Below, one piece after another: positions 9,953 through 20,100 of a stretch of 64,000 nt of DNA. The position numbers and the translations under genes were made by a program. This DNA is from a virus, in the IMG/VR virus record IMGVR_UViG_3300013126_000014, positions 1 through 64,000 of that record, one strand, 5' to 3'. Position 1 is the stretch's first letter; the number at the start of each line of letters is the position of its first letter. The notes beneath the pieces are model-generated. The model saw only the letters and a program-made list of their open reading frames with translations, was not told the origin of the DNA and searched no databases.

Positions 9953-10447
9953 TTACTTCTTGGCCAATATTTGTTTTAGTAATTCATTGCGATCTAAAAC
10001 CACACCTTGCCCATCTTCAGCGTCTAACAATTTTTCACCATCGTTTTTTTGTTCAGATTGTTTAATCTGCAGATCCAATCGTGCTTTTTTAAGTTGTAAA
10101 TCTACCATTTTTAATTTTTTGTCTAATTTTGCCTGTTTAGCGGTTATAGCGTGTCCGAGTAATGTGCCAGCTGTAGCTAAGATATGTCCGCTAAACCGTG
10201 CTTCGACGTTCATACCTAGATCAATTAGGTCTTGAAATTTTTCTTTAGCGAGATCGCTTAGTTCGTCAAGTTCTTTATCGCTAGTGTCTAAGTCAGCAAC
10301 CATCGGTAGTGCAGCATCAATTTTGTCGATGGCATTGTCAACCGCTTCAATCATTTCTCGATTTTCTTCAATCGTAGTTTCTGCTTCTTCCACTGTGGTA
10401 TCTTCCAACGGCGGCAAATTAAATAGTTCTGATAGTTTTTGAGTCAT
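9953..10447 (-). CDS. probable terminase small subunit
   Basis: 164 aa helical/coiled-coil protein ending GVVLDRNELLKQI; late box upstream; in the packaging cluster. Assignment is by inference. Confidence 0.5.
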   Translation of the reverse strand: MTQKLSELFNLPPLEDTTVEEAETTIEENREMIEAVDNAIDKIDAALPMVADLDTSDKELDELSDLAKEKFQDLIDLGMNVEARFSGHILATAGTLLGHAITAKQAKLDKKLKMVDLQLKKARLDLQIKQSEQKNDGEKLLDAEDGQGVVLDRNELLKQILAKK

Positions 10448-10457
10448 AGTATAGTAT

Positions 10458-10889
10458 TTAACGTTTTACGTTTTTGAAGATATCAAACTCGGTTACTACA
10501 CGAAAACGAATGTTATTAGCCCTAGCCCACGAATCCGCAGCAGCCCATTTAGCCATATTAATAGCCACCATAAGTTTATCACGATAACTCTTAGCTGTTT
10601 CCAATGTCACTTCTTTACTAGGCTTAATTTCTACCAATTCGGTGTGCTTTCGTTGATGTTTGTCTACATAAACAATAAGAAAATCTGGCACGTAGATAGT
10701 GTTTTTGCCACTAACTGGGTTATAATAGGGAATTTGTATGGCTTCGCTTGCCCAGTTAACTACTGCTGGGTTATTATCGCAAAAACTACAAAAAGTAAAT
10801 TCCCAGCTACTACGGTACGTAGGTGTTTTTTTACCTATATACTTTTCTGGATTTTTAATTTGATATTTGCCCTGGGCATATTTGCTCAT
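10458..10889 (-). CDS. gp4: head completion nuclease (T4 gp4 / TnsA-like PD-(D/E)xK)
   Basis: YRSSWE, WASE, YVPDF, EIKP, N.AKW.AA, FRVVTE motifs. Confidence 0.9.
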   Translation of the reverse strand: MSKYAQGKYQIKNPEKYIGKKTPTYRSSWEFTFCSFCDNNPAVVNWASEAIQIPYYNPVSGKNTIYVPDFLIVYVDKHQRKHTELVEIKPSKEVTLETAKSYRDKLMVAINMAKWAAADSWARANNIRFRVVTEFDIFKNVKR

Positions 10890-11251
10890 TACGGAAGTAT
10901 CGCTCGTTGGATGTATTTGTTAGTTTCAGGCTGATTGGTAATACCAAGCAAGCTAGTGTTAGCTCTATTTAAATTTAAAAATACTGTAAGATAAACATTA
11001 AGTTCGTTTTTGCCAAGACTACGCATTTCGTCGATGATAGTCATAGGATCAATTCCTTGACTCAATGCAGTATATAGTACTGTATTTGCTAGGGTTTCAC
11101 CAGAACTTTTACTTCCAGTAATAGATTGAAAATATCCTATAACCGCATCATTAATGTTTGAACTAGTATTTAACGGTTGATTAAAATAATTATTAAAAAA
11201 TGCAGTAGTCTTATTTTTCGTAGATGCTGGTAGATTACCTGGAGAACTCAT
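10889..11251 (-). CDS. hypothetical structural-module protein
   Basis: 120 aa ORF coupled between the tube-like gene and gp4. Confidence 0.7.
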   Translation of the reverse strand: MSSPGNLPASTKNKTTAFFNNYFNQPLNTSSNINDAVIGYFQSITGSKSSGETLANTVLYTALSQGIDPMTIIDEMRSLGKNELNVYLTVFLNLNRANTSLLGITNQPETNKYIQRAILP

Positions 11252-11252
11252 A

Positions 11253-12227
11253 TTAATTACCTATTAACTTTTTGATTGCTGCTGAAGTCGGTGCAGATAC
11301 AGTTGACCCAACTCCTTGCCCTCTAATAACATTCATTGCCACTTGTTTTAATTCAGATCCAGCAGCTGCTTTAAGATCTATATTCTTAGCATTACGCGAT
11401 ACTTGAAAAGCACCAAACGCAGCGCCAAGCAGATTACCATTTTGCAAGTTTGTAACTACACCCGATACACCCTCAACTAACCCGCCAGGACCAAGAATAC
11501 TCTGTGTCCCACCACCTAGTGTGCTTAAAGGACTAGGGCTTTTATCGTAATGTAAATCCCCAAACCCTTGAACTGTTTCACTAGACACTGCGCCAGATTC
11601 GTAATTTATGGCTTCGTAGCTTATGGTCATAGTGTGTTCCATCAAATCATAACTTCCTGCTGTATGCACTCCATGCTGAAAATTTGTAATTGTTGGTTTA
11701 AACAACGTATAACTACTAAAAGATTTTTGATGGAGACTGTAAATTTTTATCGAATTGATGTAATTTTCGGTACTAAGAGGACTATATCCCCAGGCCTGTG
11801 CCTGACGTGTTGCATATTTATGATCCATTTTATACATTTCCGGTGTATAATCTGAATCTCTGTAATAGTGGCTGTAGTAATTATACCAAAAATTTCTAAC
11901 TACATCAGCACTGTCGTCATGGAATGTAATAGTTATTGGATCGTAGTTAATACGCTCTTGTACTACATTCTTTCTGTTATACGCATTGTATACTTTATTT
12001 TGTATTGAATATTTTGGCAACTGTACTGCCTTAGCCAACATACCAATTTCGGTAGGATCTTGCGGACTAACAGACGGATTAAGCTCAATAAACACATGAA
12101 ATAATGTACTAGCTTTTGGACCTAATCTATATAGACTGTCAACAAAGAGCTTCGAGGCATGACGATAATCTTTAATTTCGTCGCCATTTGCTAACTGATT
12201 TAAAAACTGATTTCCAAAACTGGCCAT
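11253..12227 (-). CDS. tail tube-like protein (gp19/gp54-like tube initiator)
   Basis: AKAVQLPK, YDPITITFHDD and TMTISYE resemble the tube fold; directly after the tube gene. Confidence 0.7.
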   Translation of the reverse strand: MASFGNQFLNQLANGDEIKDYRHASKLFVDSLYRLGPKASTLFHVFIELNPSVSPQDPTEIGMLAKAVQLPKYSIQNKVYNAYNRKNVVQERINYDPITITFHDDSADVVRNFWYNYYSHYYRDSDYTPEMYKMDHKYATRQAQAWGYSPLSTENYINSIKIYSLHQKSFSSYTLFKPTITNFQHGVHTAGSYDLMEHTMTISYEAINYESGAVSSETVQGFGDLHYDKSPSPLSTLGGGTQSILGPGGLVEGVSGVVTNLQNGNLLGAAFGAFQVSRNAKNIDLKAAAGSELKQVAMNVIRGQGVGSTVSAPTSAAIKKLIGN

Positions 12228-12257
12228 ATACTATTCCATTTTATATATTTAGCCCAT

Positions 12258-12282
12258 AAAAAAGCCCGGAATAATCCGGGCT
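12258..12282 (-). terminator. rho-independent terminator after the tail tube gene
   Basis: Minus strand AGCCCGGA-TTA-TTCCGGGCT followed by a T run. Confidence 0.85.
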
Positions 12283-12308
12283 CATAGTTTGTAAATTTTT
12301 CGTCTGGT

Positions 12309-12926
12309 TTAACCAGTAATTACTGTACCCAATGTACGTGCTACTGCGGCACCTACACCAGATTCTGATGGTACTTGGATTGCGTTATCAAATCGAATCG
12401 TTAAACTAACTGTCATAGGATCGTTTGAACCGTAATCTGCGTCACCGTAATCAGCATTAGTTAAGAAACAACCATACATTTCCCAAGTTTCAAGTACTGT
12501 TGGTTCGTTTGCACCGTTGCCACCATCCAACACTTCAAACCGTGTCAAGAATTTATAGTCGATACCAGAACTTGCAGAACTTTGTTCCATAAAATCAAAT
12601 TGTTTTTGTAACTGTTCGCCAACACGTTTAAGTACTTCACCGCCTGCATCATCACGTAACATGCAAGTAACAGTTTCCCAAGTCGGTCGACCTGCATAGT
12701 AAACTTTACTGTTATACACAGGAACTTCAATTGGATCAAAACCCAATTTAGGACGAGTAAAACTCATTACTTGTTTAGTCAACTCAGTTGTTGGTTGGCT
12801 AACTCCAAAGTTTTCAAATCCCACCCGGAAGCGGAATTTTAGTTTTGGCATTAATAAACCCTGAGCACTTGCGCTTTGGTTTGTACTTAAAGGTACTGTA
12901 AATTTGTTTAATGACGCTGTAGCCAT
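12309..12926 (-). CDS. gp19: tail tube protein (gp19-like)
   Basis: PKLKFRFRV, YAGRPTWETVT, WEMYGCF, LTIRFDNA; immediately downstream of the sheath gene. Confidence 0.88.
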   Translation of the reverse strand: MATASLNKFTVPLSTNQSASAQGLLMPKLKFRFRVGFENFGVSQPTTELTKQVMSFTRPKLGFDPIEVPVYNSKVYYAGRPTWETVTCMLRDDAGGEVLKRVGEQLQKQFDFMEQSSASSGIDYKFLTRFEVLDGGNGANEPTVLETWEMYGCFLTNADYGDADYGSNDPMTVSLTIRFDNAIQVPSESGVGAAVARTLGTVITG

Positions 12927-13017
12927 TTTGTTATTCCTTTGTTCTTAATAGTATTTACCTATTTTTCACTACGCATCAGGAGGGATAAATCCCTCCATTA
13001 TCTGCGTATATTATTGA

Positions 13018-16000
13018 TTATAATCCAGCAGCAATATCACCGGTATTTTTCAAACGTACTGGGATGTAAATAAACTCAATGGCTTTAACTGGCTCAATTG
13101 CTATATCAACCCACAATTCGTTTCTATCAATACGATCTGGGGTATTGTTTGTTGTGTCACAAACTACCAAGTAATCGTAAATACCTCGTTTAGCAACTAG
13201 ATCGTTTAAAACAGCTTCAAAACTAGCTTTAACTTGATTACGGGTAATAGTATCGTTTGGTTCAAAAATGAACGGACGAGCTACCTGATCAAGAACTAAA
13301 CGTAAGTAACATACCAACCGTGCCACGTTAATGCGATCCATCGCTGAGTTCATTGCAGCACGTGTTTTTTGACCATATGCTACTAAGCCAACGCCCGGTA
13401 ATACGGTTAACGGATTAACATCGTTTTCGTATAAAACATCACGCAGACCTGCTGTTACACCAATGCTACGGAACAAGTTGTTATCAGTAACATCAACATA
13501 ACCAATGCTTGATACATTGTCGATTAACCCGCGACGTACACCTGCTGGTGCAAACCATGGATAGCTTTGATTGTCGCTACGAATGATTGTACGCAACATC
13601 ATATGCGATGCCGGAACTACAACACTTTCTCCGCCTAAATCTGTACCCAACCCAGCTGGATAATAAACCCCTAAGTATTCACTACGACTTACTAATCCAT
13701 CTTCGCCGTTATTAGCAGCTAAGTTAGAGTTACTTGCCCATGTTGTGATATTAGTAGAACTACTATTCAATGTTAGTGGGCTATCACCAATGATAAACGC
13801 TGTGTTCTTGCGATCATTATTCAACGTAATCATGTTTTGAATTAGTTCCGGATAACCTGGGCAGCAAATTAAGTTAAATTGAACTTGTTCTTCACGCAGT
13901 GCTGTAGAACTTTCAACTGCTGCTTTAAGCGCCTCAACCACAACATTACGTTGTGCTTTGTGACCAAAATAAGGAACACCGGTATCATCAACTCCGCTTT
14001 GGCTTACCCAGGTAGCGATTACTGTTGGTGTTACTGTTCCGGTAAATGTATCCGGATCAGCAAACCATTCAGATTCAAAACGTTTTACACCATAACCACT
14101 ACGTCTTGTGTTAAACAGTAATGTGCCGCGTGCATATAAACGATAATCCGGACAGTCATCATCAATATAGTCGCTCGATGCTAAGTCTGCAATCGCCGGT
14201 AAAGCATCTACAATAGGATCTGTAGTACCATTATAACCCCAGCGAGCATCAGCAAACACAATGCCATCAACTGTTACTTGATCGGTGTTGTCAATTAAAT
14301 CCCATGTTCCGGTGTCGTTATAGCGACGAATCACAGGATAATTTTCTAAATCACCAGTGTCAATCCACAAATCGCCTGCAGCCAATGATGTAGTACCATC
14401 GCTTTGTGTAGTGGGCTGACTTGCTGATAAGATTGGACCTGCTGGGTCTGTTGAACTTAGATCATAACCGCGAGCGTCATTGACTACATTTAGGTAACCT
14501 TTCCATCCGCTACCATCATTGATCATAATGTCAACTTCTAACGGATTATTGTAATACCATAATGTACCGTCAGCTGGGTTACTGTATGGTGCAGTTGTAC
14601 TATATGTGTATGTTAATGCAGTAAATGGGCTGGCCAAGTACACTGAACCTGCTGTGACCACTTGAACGTTACTATCATTGATCAATCCTGCATCTGCAAG
14701 TGGTGTTCCGCTTGTTTGCGTAAATTTGATAGTACCACCAGCTAAATGACTAATACTAATTGCACCGCTCGATTCAACCACTGCTGTAATATTTGGCAAG
14801 TTTGCCGCTAAAATATCAGCTACAAAACTAGCCGCAGTAGTTCCGCTTAGGCTAATTGTTGCTGATTGTGTCGTTGACTGTCCTGGAACACTAACTTCCA
14901 TAACAAATTCGTCCGTGTTGTCAAACACTATTGGACTTGATGGCGTAGTACCTGTGATTTTTACAAGCCCTGCAACGTTTTTAATGTAAGGTCTAAATGT
15001 TGCAGTAGTTGTAGCTAGCGTGTCATATTTTACGTATATAGAACCAGCAGCAATTTGTCCACCGCCGCCAATTGGATCTAATCCATAAATTGCAGCAGTG
15101 TCTGAGCTGTACAATGGTGCAGCTTGTAACACCCATGAATCTAAATTAGCATTGTATTCTTTGATGCCCCAATTCGCACCGTTACCTGTAGCACTAGTTT
15201 TTAACCATATAGACCCATAAGGGCGTGGTGTGACGTCTGATGTTCTCCAAGCCGGAGCATCACGATAACCTGCAAAACTTACTGTAGGACCAAACAATGT
15301 TTTAGTGTTTGCTGTGCCGTCAATTGCGCTATCAAACAAGCCTAGTTTTATTGCTGCATCAGTGCCGCCAATTGTAGTACCTTTGCCAATGGTTAGTTTA
15401 CCGTCTTCAACTGAGACATTACCTGTGCTTGCTGCTTGACTATTAATGCGAATTTCAAGTTGCCCTGCAACGTTAACTGTTGCAGTTACGCCTTGGATGC
15501 CTGCACCAGCAATATCACTAGCCGCACTAGAAACGGTTGCTCCAGTTAATGTAACGTTTGTACCATTAATTACTAATTTATCACCAATTGATAAGTTAGC
15601 TGGATTTGCAATAGCACCTGTAATTGTTGGAACTCCTGTCATCCAATCATCGCTACCTACTAGTACCCAAGTGTTGTCATATCGTTTGAAATAAATTGGG
15701 TTGCTTGAACTTGTAGCTACCACAGCGTAACTTCCAATGCTACCGATCGAGCTTAGTGGAACACCTGATGATAATTGATCTGTGTCTGTAATAACTAACG
15801 GATCATTTAATACAAATGATGTATTGTCTTCAGTCCATTCGTATACACCCCAGTTAGTATTTTCTAAATCTAACCAATATGTTCCATCTGCTGGTGTCCC
15901 TGTAGGACGAATGCTTGTGCCCTCAAGTTGAGCTAGATCAACATTAGCACGTTGTACGTAAAGTCTATTAGATACACCAAGTGCTGAATACGCCGCTAAC

Positions 16001-16278
16001 AATCCGTATTCATTGCGCTCGTCTGCATGTAAGGGATTGTCACTAGCATCAACTTGGAATGTTGGTGTGCCAAATAAACTAACTAGTTCACGTTGACTTG
16101 TAATTGTAACTAGTTTTTCTGCATTAGCTGCTGTTGTAGCTGAAGCTACTGTGCCGCTAGGATTTAATTTGTCTTGAGCTGTAGCAAGTAACACATAAGC
16201 AACGGTACCGGCAGCAGTTGGCTGATATTGGCTTTCGTCGATTACGGTAACTTGGACTCCTGGGGAAATTAGTGCCAT
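13018..16278 (-). CDS. gp18: contractile tail sheath protein (gp18-like) with large insertion domains
   Basis: N-terminal LISPGVQV..IDES; C-terminal PWFAPAG..RG, GQKT, DRINVARL, FEPND..TR, P.KAIEFIYIP. Confidence 0.95.
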   Translation of the reverse strand: MALISPGVQVTVIDESQYQPTAAGTVAYVLLATAQDKLNPSGTVASATTAANAEKLVTITSQRELVSLFGTPTFQVDASDNPLHADERNEYGLLAAYSALGVSNRLYVQRANVDLAQLEGTSIRPTGTPADGTYWLDLENTNWGVYEWTEDNTSFVLNDPLVITDTDQLSSGVPLSSIGSIGSYAVVATSSSNPIYFKRYDNTWVLVGSDDWMTGVPTITGAIANPANLSIGDKLVINGTNVTLTGATVSSAASDIAGAGIQGVTATVNVAGQLEIRINSQAASTGNVSVEDGKLTIGKGTTIGGTDAAIKLGLFDSAIDGTANTKTLFGPTVSFAGYRDAPAWRTSDVTPRPYGSIWLKTSATGNGANWGIKEYNANLDSWVLQAAPLYSSDTAAIYGLDPIGGGGQIAAGSIYVKYDTLATTTATFRPYIKNVAGLVKITGTTPSSPIVFDNTDEFVMEVSVPGQSTTQSATISLSGTTAASFVADILAANLPNITAVVESSGAISISHLAGGTIKFTQTSGTPLADAGLINDSNVQVVTAGSVYLASPFTALTYTYSTTAPYSNPADGTLWYYNNPLEVDIMINDGSGWKGYLNVVNDARGYDLSSTDPAGPILSASQPTTQSDGTTSLAAGDLWIDTGDLENYPVIRRYNDTGTWDLIDNTDQVTVDGIVFADARWGYNGTTDPIVDALPAIADLASSDYIDDDCPDYRLYARGTLLFNTRRSGYGVKRFESEWFADPDTFTGTVTPTVIATWVSQSGVDDTGVPYFGHKAQRNVVVEALKAAVESSTALREEQVQFNLICCPGYPELIQNMITLNNDRKNTAFIIGDSPLTLNSSSTNITTWASNSNLAANNGEDGLVSRSEYLGVYYPAGLGTDLGGESVVVPASHMMLRTIIRSDNQSYPWFAPAGVRRGLIDNVSSIGYVDVTDNNLFRSIGVTAGLRDVLYENDVNPLTVLPGVGLVAYGQKTRAAMNSAMDRINVARLVCYLRLVLDQVARPFIFEPNDTITRNQVKASFEAVLNDLVAKRGIYDYLVVCDTTNNTPDRIDRNELWVDIAIEPVKAIEFIYIPVRLKNTGDIAAGL

Positions 16279-16391
16279 AGTATAGTATTCCTTTGTTAAT
16301 AATACTTTATGTTATTTATCGGTATATTAAAATTTTGGTTGTTTTAGGTGCCTTTGCCAAGGTTTGCAGTGCTAGGCGTCATAAATACAGA

Positions 16392-16742
16392 ATGTTATAC
16401 CGTCCTTTATGTAAATCTTGTGGTAGAATGCCAGCGGCAATCAATTATCGAAATGGTGATACTACACATTTTAGAAGCCTATGCTCGGCCTGCATTCGTA
16501 AGGGTAAAAAAGCCAAACCCCAGACCCCCAATTGGGCACTACATGGATATAAAAGAAAACCGCACTGCGAAAAGTGCGGCTTTAAGGCAAAGTATAAAGA
16601 ACAGCTATTTGTTTACCATATTGACGGAAACCTAAATAATAGCAATCACTCTAATTTAAGAACTATCTGCGCTAACTGCCAGTATGAAGTAGCTCGGGAA
16701 GGGCTAGGGTGGAGTCAAGGGGATCTAGTCCCAGATTTTTAG
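16392..16742 (+). CDS. zinc-binding HNH-type endonuclease
   Basis: Several CxxC pairs plus HIDGNLNN..NLRTICANC. Start re-called at ATG 16392, 4 nt after TAAATA (16382-16387). Confidence 0.75.
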   Translation: MLYRPLCKSCGRMPAAINYRNGDTTHFRSLCSACIRKGKKAKPQTPNWALHGYKRKPHCEKCGFKAKYKEQLFVYHIDGNLNNSNHSNLRTICANCQYEVAREGLGWSQGDLVPDF

Positions 16743-17373
16743 GTGTTAAAAATTCTTCTACTTGTTTAAACAAGTCATCAATAGTGCCGTCGTTAATTAG
16801 TACAGTGTCAAACTTACTGCCTACCCAACTATATTCACTAGCGTGAACACCTGCTTTTTCTAAGATATCCTTCCCAAGCGCCCACCCGATGCGTTTCATG
16901 CCTTTATTATAATCTTTAGCAGAGTTATACCAATCAGGTTCGGGACCACGTTTAATACGTATAACTTTGCCGCCAACTGCTTTAATTGCTTTAATTTCAT
17001 TGGGAAAACGACAATCTGTGATAACAATGTCATCTTTTGTAGTACGTAGACGATTTTCTAAGCTAGCGACCCATATATCGTCATGGAACCCCTTACGACA
17101 AACTTCTGTACCCCAGTACTGCAGGACCCATCGTGGTGTAATATCTTGCTTTAGGCGCTTACTCCACCATTCATCTTTAGTTTCGCGCCACTCTCGACTT
17201 TCTTTGGTACGCCCTTCAAGTAGTTCCCTGTCCCATCCAAATACCCGACTTACTGCGTCTTTTAAACTATTAGCAAAACTCTCTCTACGAAAGCCATGAA
17301 AATTAACCAAGTAGTCTGCAACTGTATCTTTGCCAGACCCAATAAAACCACAGATGCCGATAATGCGACTCAT
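16672..17373 (-). CDS. gp1: deoxynucleoside monophosphate kinase (T4 gp1-like)
   Basis: IIGICGFIGSGKDT P-loop, TPRWVLQYWGTE, VITDCRFPNE, HASE. Confidence 0.93.
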   Translation of the reverse strand: MSRIIGICGFIGSGKDTVADYLVNFHGFRRESFANSLKDAVSRVFGWDRELLEGRTKESREWRETKDEWWSKRLKQDITPRWVLQYWGTEVCRKGFHDDIWVASLENRLRTTKDDIVITDCRFPNEIKAIKAVGGKVIRIKRGPEPDWYNSAKDYNKGMKRIGWALGKDILEKAGVHASEYSWVGSKFDTVLINDGTIDDLFKQVEEFLTPKNLGLDPLDSTLALPELLHTGS

Positions 17374-17396
17374 TGAAGCTCTCCTTTGATACTACT

Positions 17397-17425
17397 AGTT
17401 TACTAGATTAATAAAAGATTGTCTA
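17397..17425 (-). promoter_or_regulatory. sigma70-like promoter for the dNMP kinase gene
   Basis: Minus strand TAGACA-N17-TAAACT. Confidence 0.55.
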
Positions 17426-17434
17426 ACGTTTTGG

Positions 17435-18325
17435 CTAGCCAATTACAAATGTATAAGGAGTGCCGCCATCAACAAAGTTTTTGATATCTTCGTCCAATCT
17501 TTCTAACAATTCTTGACCTTCTTGTTTAAGAGAAGCACCATTCAAACTTGTACCACCTTGTGGGCCAGCAATAGTAGCAAACTTTTCACGTGCATTGCCG
17601 ATAGCAATCATCACAAATGCTAGCGCATAATCTTGTAACCAAGGTAGTGCGGTGTTGTCATTTAATAGCATTTGATCTGGTTTGTAGTTATCAATATGCA
17701 ATAATACACTTTCGCTAATTTGATTGTTATAGTCTTGTCCAAAGAACGGAATTTTTCGAGTTAAGGTGAGTTTTTTAGTTACTTTATTAAAAGTAAACTG
17801 TATCCAACCACCAAACATGCGCATAGCCAATTCTTGGTATCCTGTAAATAGTTCATAGTTTACAAGTCCCCCAACCCGCCCGGCCACTAACATGTAAGTG
17901 TTTAGATATCCGCTAGCAAATGGTTCAAACTGACTAGCAGTTGTACCAGTAACACTGCCAATGCCTCTGCGATACATAGCACGCACATTCATAATTTCCT
18001 GTGGAAGAATATACTCTTGCGTTTCGGGATAAATGTCTAAGAATGCATAGCTTTCTTCTACACTATTGGCTGATTTTTGTCGATAGCGCAACAATGCCTG
18101 TCTAATACCCATTTCATAGTGTTCACGATCGGCTTCAACATCAACCATACCGTCGCCGAGTCTGAATCGAATGTAATCAATTATATCGTTTTTTTGTGCC
18201 GGAGTTGCCGTTAGTGGTGTAGGATCAAAGGCGATGTGCCCCGCACCGGTACCAGTGTTTGCATTAAATAGACTGTCTGTTGTTAGACTTAAGTTAGGTG
18301 TTAAATTACCTGTAGCTGTGGCCAT
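17435..18325 (-). CDS. gp13: neck/head-tail adaptor protein (gp13-like)
   Basis: DYIRFRLGDGMVDVE, KF..IAGPQGG..LNG..LK.EG; late box at 18347-18352; ends in TAG. Confidence 0.85.
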   Translation of the reverse strand: MATATGNLTPNLSLTTDSLFNANTGTGAGHIAFDPTPLTATPAQKNDIIDYIRFRLGDGMVDVEADREHYEMGIRQALLRYRQKSANSVEESYAFLDIYPETQEYILPQEIMNVRAMYRRGIGSVTGTTASQFEPFASGYLNTYMLVAGRVGGLVNYELFTGYQELAMRMFGGWIQFTFNKVTKKLTLTRKIPFFGQDYNNQISESVLLHIDNYKPDQMLLNDNTALPWLQDYALAFVMIAIGNAREKFATIAGPQGGTSLNGASLKQEGQELLERLDEDIKNFVDGGTPYTFVIG

Positions 18326-18382
18326 ATAAAATATCCCGTTATACTATATTTATTATGTATGTAGTATAACGAGATATAACAA

Positions 18383-19594
18383 TTACTGAACTTTGAGTAA
18401 GATGGTATCTTGATTGATACGTCCGTTGAGTTTAACCTCAGTAGCTTTGATATTTTCCAAAAATTTGCGCAGTTCAATCTTACCTGCGGCTAAAAATTCT
18501 TTAATTTGTACCTCAGGTTTACGTAAAGTTTTACTTACGCTCTTACTTTCATTGTAGCCCGTAATAGTTGTGCCCTTAACATTAAGTGCTCCGCCCATGT
18601 CCTCAGCAACATATTTGCCTAGTTTACGAGTTCTAACATTATAGACAAATAACACCTGTGCGCCAATAATGTCTACAGGATTAATACTCACTGCTTTAGT
18701 TGTAGCATCATTCTTCAAGTATTTGAGTTTAGCAACAAGTTTTTCTTTAGCTGGCGGCTTACGTACACTTGCTTTCTTAGTTGCCTTTTTAACCTGTCCA
18801 TATTGAGTAAAGCCGTCAAATAATGCTGTATAGAACGCTTCATACCGCTTGTAGTCTGCGGCTTTTAAATGTGCATAGGCATCTTTAAGATCTTCATCTT
18901 TAGTAGTTTTGGCTTCGTTGAATTCAGCACGACTACGTTCAAAAGGCGCAAGTATGCGAGCGATAGTAGCAGGTGCTATGTTTTTAGCTATCAGATAATC
19001 ATAGGCTTTAGGGTCAACTGTTTTGCCGTCAAACAGTTGATCTTCTAACTCTAAAAAGTGCAGTTGATGCTTGTCTGCTATTGCATTCATACGATCTTGT
19101 ATTGTAGGTACCTTTACGTTTGTTTTAGACGCCGTTTGTTTAGTATCCGTCGGAGTATCATCTTCTTCTGCAAGTTGCTCGGCCATATAAATTACTTCTT
19201 TAACCGTTTTAAGTAAGTATTCTACATGGCGATCACGCAACGGCATGCCTTTAGTGTGCGCTTTCACAATAGCACAAGCAGTTAAGGGAGTTAGGCCATC
19301 TTTAGTTTTAGCATAGTAATCAACTGTGGCTTTATCCAACTTATGATATTGGCTATCTTTACCAGTATGTTCACGCAACCAGGCTACAAAATATTTTTTT
19401 AGATCTTTTGCACTATAGTAATAGTTGTAATAGCGCATACTCTTACGGAAATTATGGTCAAACTCTTCATCTGTAAACTGTAAAGCTCGCTCAGTGTCCC
19501 ATACAGGCTCTGTACCGGTGTACTTTTCATCCACAAATAACGGGTCGCGCTGTGCTTTTTTGGGTGCTTTACCCTCAACTTTAATTTTAGCCAT
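18383..19594 (-). CDS. basic hypothetical protein (early/middle)
   Basis: 403 aa Lys-rich ORF with a good RBS (AAGGAAA); function not recognised. Confidence 0.8.
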   Translation of the reverse strand: MAKIKVEGKAPKKAQRDPLFVDEKYTGTEPVWDTERALQFTDEEFDHNFRKSMRYYNYYYSAKDLKKYFVAWLREHTGKDSQYHKLDKATVDYYAKTKDGLTPLTACAIVKAHTKGMPLRDRHVEYLLKTVKEVIYMAEQLAEEDDTPTDTKQTASKTNVKVPTIQDRMNAIADKHQLHFLELEDQLFDGKTVDPKAYDYLIAKNIAPATIARILAPFERSRAEFNEAKTTKDEDLKDAYAHLKAADYKRYEAFYTALFDGFTQYGQVKKATKKASVRKPPAKEKLVAKLKYLKNDATTKAVSINPVDIIGAQVLFVYNVRTRKLGKYVAEDMGGALNVKGTTITGYNESKSVSKTLRKPEVQIKEFLAAGKIELRKFLENIKATEVKLNGRINQDTILLKVQ

Positions 19595-19748
19595 TTGTCA
19601 TTTCCTTTTCTAGTTCTCGTTTAACCATTTTATATGCTGTACGATCATATATATCCAAATAGTCCCATTCACTATTCATTTGTGCCAATGCACGCCAAAG
19701 ATTTTTATTGTAGAAACTAACTGCTACATAGGCTTCTTCTATAGTCAT
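19587..19748 (-). CDS. small hypothetical protein (not in the ORF track)
   Basis: MTIEEAYVAVSFYNKNLWRALAQMNSEWDYLDIYDRTAYKMVKRELEKEMTNG*, filling the gap and overlapping the next start. Confidence 0.6.
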   Translation of the reverse strand: MTIEEAYVAVSFYNKNLWRALAQMNSEWDYLDIYDRTAYKMVKRELEKEMTNG

Positions 19749-19758
19749 TATTAACATA

Positions 19759-20028
19759 TCACCCCGCTAATAGTACAGCAAACGTTATCATACGTTCATA
19801 GTTTGCTATCTCTTCGTTAATCTTGTCAACCTGTTCTTTATGTAGTCTAGTTTGGCGACCTTGTCTACGACAATTGATTTCTTCTTTACTTAGATCTTTA
19901 ACCATTAATCCAATATTATGGCTAATGTTCCACATTTCATGACTATACTTCTTCATTTTATGCACAGGTGCTTCTAAACGGGTTTGCACACTTGCCCAAT
20001 CCATGCTAGTTTGTATTTGGTTTGTCAT
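19759..20028 (-). CDS. hypothetical protein
   Basis: 89 aa ORF directly behind a sigma70-like promoter. Confidence 0.7.
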   Translation of the reverse strand: MTNQIQTSMDWASVQTRLEAPVHKMKKYSHEMWNISHNIGLMVKDLSKEEINCRRQGRQTRLHKEQVDKINEEIANYERMITFAVLLAG

Positions 20029-20037
20029 AGTTTCAGT

Positions 20038-20066
20038 AGTGTAACATCATTTTCCGCTGTTGTCAA
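20038..20066 (-). promoter_or_regulatory. sigma70-type early promoter
   Basis: Minus strand TTGACA-N17-TACACT; back to back with a plus-strand TAAATA late box at 20072-20077. Confidence 0.75.
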
Positions 20067-20100
20067 TCAGCTAAATACTATGATAAAATAGGATATCGTA

